IMG/VR virus record: IMGVR_UViG_3300020036_004254
Strand: one strand, 5' to 3'
Length of the DNA stretch: 64,000 bases
DNA from: a virus
Lineage: Duplodnaviria; Caudoviricetes
The position numbers and the translations under genes were made by a program. This document shows, one piece after another, positions 49,408 to 56,016 of the stretch (the first letter of the stretch is position 1; each line of letters starts with the position of its first letter). The notes under the pieces were generated by a model. It was not told the DNA's origin. It was given only the letters and a program-made list of their open reading frames with translations, and made no database searches.

Positions 49408-49476
49408 TTTTCTGTGGTGAAATGGAGAACACCCTCTGCTAGCGGGGGATTGTGGGTTCGAGTCCCACCAGAAAGA
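49408..49476 (+). ncRNA. tRNA-shaped RNA with collapsed anticodon loop
   Basis: TTTCTG/CAGAAA acceptor, D arm, canonical T arm; loop only 4-6 nt (GCTAGC). Confidence 0.6.
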
Positions 49477-49672
49477 TGAAGCACCCCTTGACAAACGCAA
49501 TGTAAGGGGTTATGCTATAGAAGTGTTTATTGACAACTGAAGATAGTAGTGTACGTTTAGGTACACCCATTACCTACCATGGTGCCGTGTTGACATTGTT
49601 GGTATCACATCAACACCAGCGCAAGCTGTGTGATATCGATTGGGGGTTCTCCATTCATCCTAAATGGAATAT

Positions 49673-49755
49673 ACCGCCATGGCAAAATGGCAAAGCGCCG
49701 CACTTAGGATGCGGAGTCCGAAAGGGCATTGTGGGTTCGAGTCCCACTGGCGGTA
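49673..49755 (+). tRNA. tRNA-Leu(TAG)
   Basis: ACCGCCA/TGGCGGT; CCGCA-ctTAGga-TGCGG; variable arm. Confidence 0.9.
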
Positions 49756-49757
49756 CT

Positions 49758-49853
49758 GTGACTGTGATGGAACATGATAGACATAGGGAAAGGACAATCC
49801 CGGAAGAGAAATTCCAAACGCTCTTCGTATCGGTTTGAATCCGGTCGGTCACG
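49758..49853 (+). ncRNA. Leu-type tRNA-shaped RNA with non-canonical anticodon loop
   Basis: GTGACTG/CGGTCAC; GGGA-AAGGACAA-TCCC; long variable arm; ATCGG-TTTGAAT-CCGGT. Confidence 0.6.
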
Positions 49854-49948
49854 TTGAAACAACCTTGTAGTACAAATTACCGTTCAGCATGAGCGAGGGG
49901 TGATACTGGCCAGTAAGCCCACGGTCCATGCGTTTAACCCGAACTACG

Positions 49949-50004
49949 GGCGATATCCTGTAGTGGTTAGAAGATGGGGCGTTCGATTCCCCCAACGGTC
50001 GCTA
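49949..50004 (+). ncRNA. Mini tRNA-like element lacking an anticodon arm
   Basis: GGCGAT/GTCGCT ends, TAGTGGTT D-loop, GTTCGATTC T-loop. Confidence 0.45.
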
Positions 50005-50132
50005 TATCGTCCGTCCCTCATGGTTGGGACGTTAAACAAAGGCCAGAATCGTTGTGTGTCCCTTGAGAAGGAACACTCTGGTAAGTGGGGATAGTGCCAT
50101 AATGCAATCTGACTGGTTGCAAACCCCTTCAC

Positions 50133-50207
50133 GCGCTCATCGAATTTAACGGTTAGTTCAACGGACTTTTAATCCGTATGGTGGGGGTTCGAATCCCTCT
50201 GGGCGCA
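50133..50207 (+). tRNA. tRNA-Lys(TTT)
   Basis: ACGGA-ctTTTaa-TCCGT; GCGCTCA/TGGGCGC. Confidence 0.9.
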
Positions 50208-50283
50208 TTGTACAGTCGAACGTGTCAGCACACACCTAGCTAAGTACGAGGGGCCGTTCCTTGTAACTGTACATTCTCAGGAC

Positions 50284-50312
50284 TTGACAAACACCACATC
50301 CGGTGGTACTAT
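50284..50312 (+). promoter_or_regulatory. Sigma70-like promoter
   Basis: TTGACA-N17-TACTAT. Confidence 0.75.
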
Positions 50313-50456
50313 ACGGAGGTCGGAAGACCATAAATTCCCTCTCGTTCTCAATTTCAAGTCTGACGAACGGTTGATTAATGACTTGGTGCGAACTCCACAG
50401 CAGAAGCGGTTGCCTTAAGACAGTAAGCGCAACATTGAGTGGGGAAACTGTCACAT

Positions 50457-50531
50457 GGCGCATTGGTGTAATAGGCTAACACGCAGGATTTTCACTCCTG
50501 AGACTTACGAGTTCGAGCCTCGTATGCGCTA
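50457..50531 (+). tRNA. tRNA-Glu(TTC)
   Basis: CAGGA-ttTTCac-TCCTG; GGCGCAT/ATGCGCT. Confidence 0.85.
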
Positions 50532-50602
50532 TTAGGACAAAAAGACAACAAAAGTAGAGAGTTCGACTCGTATAAATACTAGCAACCTCATCAGGAGCTA
50601 GT

Positions 50603-51382
50603 ATGGTTGTAAAGTGTAAATGTGGAGCGGACTTTGAGAATGTCGGTAAATATGGGATTCGTAAGTTTTGTTCGCGGAAGTGTGCCAACAGCCGTGGACC
50701 GAGAACAGAGGAAACCAAGAGAAAGCAATCAATGTCTCTTGTTGGTCGTAATGTTGGTGGAAAACTCGCCAACCCACTTCTCAAAGAGAAAAGAAAATGT
50801 TTAGGGTGTGATAGCAAATTTGAGTGTTACAAAAAAGCATCCAAACGTTGGTGTTCTCTTAAGTGCAGTAAGAAACTCTCTGGTGGGTACAGGGAGGGTT
50901 CTGGGAACGGGAAGTCTGGGTGGTACAAAGGAATCTTCTGCAATTCTAGCTATGAATTAGCATGGGTGGTTTATCGCTTAGACCACGGATTTGAAGTGAA
51001 AAGATTCTCGGGGTACTTGACTAATGGTGTGTTGAAGTATTATCCTGATTTCATCGTGGGTGACAAACACATTGTTGAGATAAAGGGGTACCATCGTAAA
51101 GAGGTTGATGAGAAGACCGAGCTTGCTAAATCTTTGGGATATGTGATAGATGTCCTATACAAGACAGATTTGCGGGAGTGTTTTGATTGGATACAAACAA
51201 AGTATCACACGAAAAATGTCATCAGCCTTTATGACAACCGAAAACCGAAATTTAGTTATAGATGTCATTTCTGTGGTAAGGATATCTACAGAGAACAAAG
51301 ATTAAAGGGGAAAGTGGCCTTTTGTTCCCGTGTGTGTGCGGGTAAGGGTATACTGAACCGAAAGAATGTTGGGCCGACTTGA
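50603..51382 (+). CDS. Zinc-finger-repeat plus PD-(D/E)XK (TnsA-like) endonuclease
   Basis: FCSRKC repeats; SSYE..YYPDF..VEIKG; own late promoter at 50571. Confidence 0.75.
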   Translation: MVVKCKCGADFENVGKYGIRKFCSRKCANSRGPRTEETKRKQSMSLVGRNVGGKLANPLLKEKRKCLGCDSKFECYKKASKRWCSLKCSKKLSGGYREGSGNGKSGWYKGIFCNSSYELAWVVYRLDHGFEVKRFSGYLTNGVLKYYPDFIVGDKHIVEIKGYHRKEVDEKTELAKSLGYVIDVLYKTDLRECFDWIQTKYHTKNVISLYDNRKPKFSYRCHFCGKDIYREQRLKGKVAFCSRVCAGKGILNRKNVGPT

Positions 51383-51460
51383 ATTATCCTTGCAGGGATT
51401 AGGAGAGGAGGTAAGACACAACGTTGACGAAAGGACTGCAATCCCAAGTCTCATACGTTG

Positions 51461-51530
51461 ATTTTCGTAGCCAAGCGGTCACGGCACCCCCATTGCAGGG
51501 GGCATCGTAGGTTCGAATCCTACCGGAAAT
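51461..51530 (+). ncRNA. Gln-like tRNA-shaped RNA with a 6-nt anticodon loop
   Basis: ATTTTCG/CGGAAAT; GCC-AAGCGGTCAC-GGC; CCCCC-ATTGCA-GGGGG; GTAGG-TTCGAAT-CCTAC. Confidence 0.65.
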
Positions 51531-51533
51531 ATT

Positions 51534-51685
51534 GTTGCGGGATAAGCTCCGTGACAAGCTGGATAGTACAGATAAGAATAGGGTTGGTGAGACTAACCTA
51601 GTGTAAATGCGAACTCTCACTAGGCGCACCAGCATGACGTAATACTCAAACAGGTGTCGCAACCAAGTAGAGTTCTGTATTGTCC
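51534..51685 (+). ncRNA. Candidate pseudoknotted ncRNA
   Basis: GGATAGTACAGA/TCTGTATTGTCC, CCTAGTG/CACTAGG, loop GAACTCT/AGAGTTC. Confidence 0.5.
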
Positions 51686-51689
51686 TTTT

Positions 51690-51761
51690 GCTCTACAAAC
51701 ATAGATGGCGATGTACGGGTTTTGTAAACCTGAAAGGGCAGTTCAAGTCTGCCGTGGAGCT
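51690..51761 (+). tRNA. tRNA-Thr(TGT)
   Basis: CGGGT-ttTGTaa-ACCTG; GCTCTAC/GTGGAGC. Confidence 0.88.
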
Positions 51762-51763
51762 TA

Positions 51764-51870
51764 GGATGGTTTCTCAGGGGGAACACAGACTTCTTGGCGG
51801 AAGTCCAAGCCCCATTCCACGGTGTGCGCCAACGCACCGCGAACAAGGTCGATGCCCTTGGAAATCGTCC
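51764..51870 (+). ncRNA. Kissing-loop ncRNA candidate
   Basis: GGATGGTTTC/GAAATCGTCC closing stem; hairpin loops TTGGCG and CGCCAA are exact complements. Confidence 0.6.
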
Positions 51871-52067
51871 AACTCATTGGGAGGTTGTGGTTTAGGGAAA
51901 CAAGGTTCTTGACGGAGCCTCAAGCCCCATCCGTAAATGTGCGTCAACACGTTTGTATTCGGACAGCAAAGGAGTCATCGACTCTGCACCTGACTGCTAC
52001 CGCTACATTACATCGGGTCTGGGGGAGTCCCTATTGCAAAAGGTATAAAGAACCTGTCCCCCTCCAC

Positions 52068-52140
52068 GCACTGGTAACTCAACTGGCAGAGTATCCGCCT
52101 CTTAAGCGGAAAGTTATGGGTTCGACTCCCATCCGGTGCA
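52068..52140 (+). tRNA. tRNA-Lys(CTT)
   Basis: TCCGC-ctCTTaa-GCGGA; GCACTGG/CCGGTGC. Confidence 0.92.
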
Positions 52141-52398
52141 TTGTTTGAAAATGATATACTCTGGAAAAGAAGAATTTACATTTCTTACACTCTTGAAGGG
52201 AAAGAAAGAACGTATACACCAGACTTCTTTCTACCAAATGAAAATTTGTACTTAGAAGTAAAGGGATACTTTTCAGAAATTGACAAGAAAAAGATTGATG
52301 TTGTATCAAAGATAATACCGATAAAGCTTGTGTTCAAAAAACATCTAGATAGGTTGAAAACAATTTCAACGATTGATGAACTTCTTGGCGTTTTATAG
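52141..52398 (+). pseudogene. PD-(D/E)XK nuclease-domain remnant
   Basis: YTPDF..YLEVKG; abuts the tRNA-Lys 3' end; no RBS or N-terminal domain. Confidence 0.6.
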
Positions 52399-52407
52399 AA
52401 CAACTGA

Positions 52408-52480
52408 CGGCGTGTAATTCAATGGTCAGAAATTTCGTCTTATATACGAAAAGTTGTGGGTTCAATTCCCACCACGCCTA
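52408..52480 (+). tRNA. tRNA-Ile(TAT)
   Basis: TTCGT-ctTATat-ACGAA; GGCGTG/CACGCC. Confidence 0.8.
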
Positions 52481-52484
52481 CTTT

Positions 52485-52573
52485 TGTCAAGTGTGGGAAA
52501 ACTCCTTAGCGGGGGCTAGGTCGGTTGGTATGCCGACAGGGTTCGAATCCTATACAACACCCGACACTTGACA
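52485..52573 (+). ncRNA. tRNA-like RNA on a 13-bp extended stem
   Basis: TGTCAAGTGTGGG/CCC-G-ACACTTGACA enclosing three hairpins, the last with a GGTTCGAATCC T-loop. Confidence 0.6.
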
Positions 52574-52579
52574 TATCAC

Positions 52580-52652
52580 GGCTCTATCGTCTAGGGGACA
52601 AGGACACCACCCTCTCAAGGTGGGGACGGCAGTTCGAATCTGCTTAGAGCTA
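52580..52652 (+). tRNA. tRNA-Glu(CTC)
   Basis: CCACC-ctCTCaa-GGTGG; GGCTCTA/TAGAGCT. Confidence 0.9.
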
Positions 52653-52757
52653 TTGGGTTGTGTAACACGGAAGGAACGCCGTGTGACTATATCAAAGCGG
52701 GTGTTAATCTCGCCACAATCCCCACTTGACTTCGATGAAACATGGTAGTATACTTAC

Positions 52758-52831
52758 GCCCTTATAGCTCAGTCCGGAAGAGCGACGGTCTTCGGAACCG
52801 TGCGTCGGGAGTTCAAATCTCTCTAGGGGCA
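52758..52831 (+). tRNA. tRNA-Arg(TCG)
   Basis: ACGGT-ctTCGga-ACCGT; promoter TTGACT-N17-TATACT at 52726-52754. Confidence 0.9.
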
Positions 52832-52853
52832 CTTCATTCATCATGGGGGGGTT

Positions 52854-53261
52854 ATGCAAACGTTTCTACCGTATGCGGACTTTGACAAGACGGCACAGGT
52901 GCTTGACCGTCAGCGGTTGGGCAAGCAACGCATCGAAGCTAAACAGATTTTGCAAAACCTTCTAGAAGAAACAGAGAAGCAGGGGTGGAAGAATCACCCT
53001 GCGGTCAAGATGTGGAAGGGAAGTGAAGGTGTGTTGGCACAGTACGGTGTGGCGATTTGTGCAGAGTGGGTTCGTCGGGGTTACAAAGACAACCAGATGG
53101 CCTACTTTGTTGAGCGTGTCAACAATGCACCAACGCCTACATGGTTGGGTGACAATGCGTTTCATGTGGCGCATCAATCCAATCTGGTACGAAAGAACGC
53201 AGAGCATTACGGAAAGTATTTTCAGGTCACAAACGATTTGCCGTATGTGTGGCCAGTTTGA
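52854..53261 (+). CDS. MSMEG_6728-family pyrimidine-dimer DNA glycosylase-like protein
   Basis: MQTFLPY, LDRQRLGKQRIE, HPAVKMW, HQSNLVRK, YVWP. Confidence 0.85.
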   Translation: MQTFLPYADFDKTAQVLDRQRLGKQRIEAKQILQNLLEETEKQGWKNHPAVKMWKGSEGVLAQYGVAICAEWVRRGYKDNQMAYFVERVNNAPTPTWLGDNAFHVAHQSNLVRKNAEHYGKYFQVTNDLPYVWPV

Positions 53262-53262
53262 G

Positions 53263-53296
53263 TGGTGAGGTAATGGCTCACCAAGGCCACGACGGG
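53263..53296 (+). other. 16S rRNA helix-11-like fragment
   Basis: TGGTGAGGTAATGGCTCACCAAGGCCACGACGGG closely matches recalled bacterial 16S sequence (E. coli ~250-285 region). Confidence 0.75.
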
Positions 53297-53414
53297 CAAA
53301 TTCTCTTTAATCATTCGACCAGTTGATGGAACTGGATTGCCGTACTACGACTACGGTGGTGTCTTACGGACGTTCTCAGTGGGAATGGACGAAGAAATCA
53401 AAATCCATCACTGA

Positions 53415-53485
53415 AGGTCATTCGTCTATCGGTAAGACTTCCGCCTCCAAACCGGAAAAGGTGGGTTCGATTCCTACATGGCCTG
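53415..53485 (+). tRNA. tRNA-Trp(CCA)
   Basis: AGGTCAT/ATGGCCT-G; loop ctCCAaa. Confidence 0.85.
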
Positions 53486-53520
53486 TTGCAGTTTCATCAT
53501 TTCACTTAGTGAGGTTTCAC

Positions 53521-53814
53521 ATGTTTAATCCGCTTTCCGACAACGTTATTATCACCCCTTCAACCGCTTCCGAGACACAGACCGCTGGTGGTTTGTACAT
53601 CCCAGAGACGGCTCAGGCGAACGGTGCCATCACTCACGGTACTGTTGTGGCGGTTGGTCCCGGTCATATCTATGATTCCGGTGTCCGTGGAGAAATGTTG
53701 ACCAAGGTTGGTGATACCGTGTGGTACGCCAAGGGTCATGCGTCAACCATCACGTTGGATGGTAAGCAGTACAAGGTTGTGGCAGAGCGCAACATCTTTG
53801 GGTATCATCGGTAA
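53521..53814 (+). CDS. groES: Co-chaperonin GroES-like
   Basis: PLSDNVII, TAGGLYIPETA, GTVVAVGPG, KVGDTV. Confidence 0.92.
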   Translation: MFNPLSDNVIITPSTASETQTAGGLYIPETAQANGAITHGTVVAVGPGHIYDSGVRGEMLTKVGDTVWYAKGHASTITLDGKQYKVVAERNIFGYHR

Positions 53815-54014
53815 TGAAAGACTTCCTGAAGGACATCGCCGTGGGTTCTGTGGTGATGGTAGTGTCTGGTATGGTTTGGGTTGTAGCGTACCATGTTGTC
53901 AACAATCTAAATCTTTTCGATGATATTTTGATGGGACTATTGGCAATTGCTATTATAATGGCCGCGTCTATCGTTGGTACCATTACGAGGAGCCTATGGA
54001 ATTCGTATCGCTAA
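53814..54014 (+). CDS. Small 2-TM membrane protein
   Basis: Two hydrophobic helices; TAATG coupling. Confidence 0.65.
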   Translation: MKDFLKDIAVGSVVMVVSGMVWVVAYHVVNNLNLFDDILMGLLAIAIIMAASIVGTITRSLWNSYR

Positions 54015-54538
54015 CATTGAAACAGTTAGACCAAGACACCGCAGAAATCAGAACGGTGGTCAATACCGATGTGTTGCTGTCTTTGTTCAGAAAGAAGAGG
54101 GTGAAAGAGGTTGAACTGTTTTATGACAATCTTGGGCAGGAAATTGCAAGACAAATCAATGAGGTATTTGGAAACTGCGAACCAGAGTTTTTCGTAGAAT
54201 CGTTGGGTGACCAACAGCACCGAACGCATCGGGGAACCACGGTACATGGACAAACGTTTGTTTCGGTGCAGTCCGTGGTCAAGGTCTTGCCAGAAGGTGG
54301 GGGCTTGACATACGACCTCTCAACCGCTATCGTTGACCATATCAAGGTGGCGATGCGGGAAGGAACCCCGGTGTTTCCACATACGGCAACATCTTTGTGT
54401 GCAGAGGGTGTGTTGTTTAATGTTCTTCTGACAGACGAAAAGAGAATGGAAGGTCTTTCTTTGGATGAAATTGTTCGAATTGCAACAACGGCGTTGGAAA
54501 AGGAAGTACGAAGGGAAGCTTGGAAAGCGCGGGTATAA
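53996..54538 (+). CDS. Hypothetical protein
   Basis: GAGGAG RBS; stop lies inside tRNA-Gly. Confidence 0.6.
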   Translation: MEFVSLTLKQLDQDTAEIRTVVNTDVLLSLFRKKRVKEVELFYDNLGQEIARQINEVFGNCEPEFFVESLGDQQHRTHRGTTVHGQTFVSVQSVVKVLPEGGGLTYDLSTAIVDHIKVAMREGTPVFPHTATSLCAEGVLFNVLLTDEKRMEGLSLDEIVRIATTALEKEVRREAWKARV

Positions 54539-54600
54539 TTCAGTGGTAGAATGCCGAGTTGCCAACCCGGATGCCGTGGGTTCGAACCCCACTACCCGCT
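54529..54600 (+). tRNA. tRNA-Gly(GCC)
   Basis: GCGGGTA/TACCCGC-T; loop ttGCCaa. Confidence 0.9.
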
Positions 54601-54621
54601 TAACTTTATCATGAGGTCACA

Positions 54622-54834
54622 GTGAAAAACAAAAAGATGTCCAGAACAAAAGTGATAAAGAATCTTCGTGCTATCAGAAGTTTGCTAACCCGTTTGCACA
54701 ACAATGGAAACATTATTGGGGTGGTCACGGAAGAAGACCAAGCCTTGACAGAAGCCATTCGGCTGATTAAGTTAGATATGAAGTCTATCAGCGATAAGAA
54801 GAAATTTGAGAAGTTTGGCATTCGGATATGGTGA
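54622..54834 (+). CDS. Hypothetical basic protein
   Basis: GAGG RBS, GTG start. Confidence 0.5.
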   Translation: MKNKKMSRTKVIKNLRAIRSLLTRLHNNGNIIGVVTEEDQALTEAIRLIKLDMKSISDKKKFEKFGIRIW

Positions 54835-54842
54835 GGACTAAC

Positions 54843-55331
54843 ATGGATATGATTCAGAAGGCTCTGTACTTTGCCGCCAAGAAGCACGGTGACCAGAAAT
54901 ACAGTGACATGCCGTACATGGTACACATTGCGTGTGTGATGAGTGTACTTCAGCGGTACAAGGCTCGTGAGGATGTGATTGTGGCAGGTATCTTGCACGA
55001 TGTGCTGGAAGACACTGACACCACGTATGAGGAGATTGACAACCTGTTTGGTGACCGTGTGGCCAAGTTGGTGTTGGCCGTTACGAACCCAAAAGAGGGT
55101 AGTCGTAAGCAGAAGCACGAGATTCAGTATCCCAAGATTCGTGAAGCGGGGGTGTGGGCGGTTCAGGTCAAACTGGCTGACCGCATCGCCAACGCCGGAA
55201 GCGGTGGCAAGCTTGGGATGTACCAGCGGGAACACGAGACGTTCCGCAAGCACCTGTACGACCGTGGGGATATCATGATTCAGGCCATGTGGAACGAACT
55301 TGAAGAGATTGTTATGGTTCCGGGGTTCTAG
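54843..55331 (+). CDS. HD-domain (p)ppGpp hydrolase-like (SpoT-HD/Mesh1)
   Basis: AAKKHGDQ, PYMVH, LHDVLEDT, VKLADRIAN. Confidence 0.88.
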   Translation: MDMIQKALYFAAKKHGDQKYSDMPYMVHIACVMSVLQRYKAREDVIVAGILHDVLEDTDTTYEEIDNLFGDRVAKLVLAVTNPKEGSRKQKHEIQYPKIREAGVWAVQVKLADRIANAGSGGKLGMYQREHETFRKHLYDRGDIMIQAMWNELEEIVMVPGF

Positions 55332-55715
55332 ATGAAAATCTTCTGTCTAGAAGCTGATGTAGTAAACCCATCCGGGAGAGTCTATCCAAAAGCCGTCTTG
55401 GAAAAGGCGGTAGCGGATTACACCGAAGAGTTTGTTGGGGGTAATAGAGCGTTGGGTGAATTGGGTACTCCTGACGGTCAAGTGGTAAACCTCAAAAATG
55501 TATCACATATCGTTCGTGGGTTTCATTGGGAGGGGGATAAGTTGTTTGCTGACATAGAGGTGTTAAGTACACTCAGTGGAGCTATGGTAAAATCGTTGTT
55601 GGCCAACGGTGTGAAACTACGTGGTTCCATTAGAGGACTGGGTTCGTTGGTGGACTCAATTGTCCAAGACGACTATACCATTTCTTCTATCGATGTGAGG
55701 TTAGATGACAACTAA
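55332..55715 (+). CDS. Truncated gp21 prohead-protease paralogue lacking the catalytic His
   Basis: NPSGRVYP, ALGELGTP (vs GELGHP), VSH, GSIRGLGS (vs VSSRGLG). Confidence 0.8.
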   Translation: MKIFCLEADVVNPSGRVYPKAVLEKAVADYTEEFVGGNRALGELGTPDGQVVNLKNVSHIVRGFHWEGDKLFADIEVLSTLSGAMVKSLLANGVKLRGSIRGLGSLVDSIVQDDYTISSIDVRLDDN

Positions 55716-55977
55716 AACCTTCTACGCCATCTACGATGTGCCTAGCAAGAAGTTCAAAGGTCGTGGGAACGTTCGCGGAGTCCGGTGGACTGATGAACCA
55801 ACCCAGACGTATGACACCATATCACGGGCCAAATCAGCACTCAAGGCTCATCTAAAAGTATGGAACAGATATCCTTGGCTTTCCTCGGTTCAACAGCGTG
55901 ATAAATACTTGATTGTCATTCCGGTGACCGTTAGTTGGGAAGACCATCAAGAAGTGTTAGAAGGAATGTTCGAGTAG
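55705..55977 (+). CDS. Hypothetical protein
   Basis: GAGG RBS. Confidence 0.6.
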   Translation: MTTKTFYAIYDVPSKKFKGRGNVRGVRWTDEPTQTYDTISRAKSALKAHLKVWNRYPWLSSVQQRDKYLIVIPVTVSWEDHQEVLEGMFE

Positions 55978-55980
55978 GGC

Positions 55981-56009
55981 TTGACAAACGAAGGAAGGGT
56001 CACTAACTT
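55981..56009 (+). promoter_or_regulatory. Sigma70-like promoter upstream of the large ncRNA
   Basis: TTGACA-N17-TAACTT. Confidence 0.7.
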
Positions 56010-56016
56010 CCTTTCA

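Noticed and set aside
49408-49476. Amber suppressor tRNA (CTA in loop) and stop-codon recoding
   Set aside because: The loop is 4-6 nt rather than 7, core genes are intact in code 11, and TAG ends genes such as gp22, uvsW and gp41
50234-50250. 23S sarcin-ricin loop mimic (AGTACGAGGGGCCG)
   Set aside because: Lacks the GAGA tetraloop, the match is short, and the bases fit a different hairpin (TACGAGGG/TCCTTGTA)
51764-52065. tmRNA or RNase P RNA
   Set aside because: No tRNA-like 3' end with T-loop or tag frame; no GAGGAAAGTCC/P4 partner
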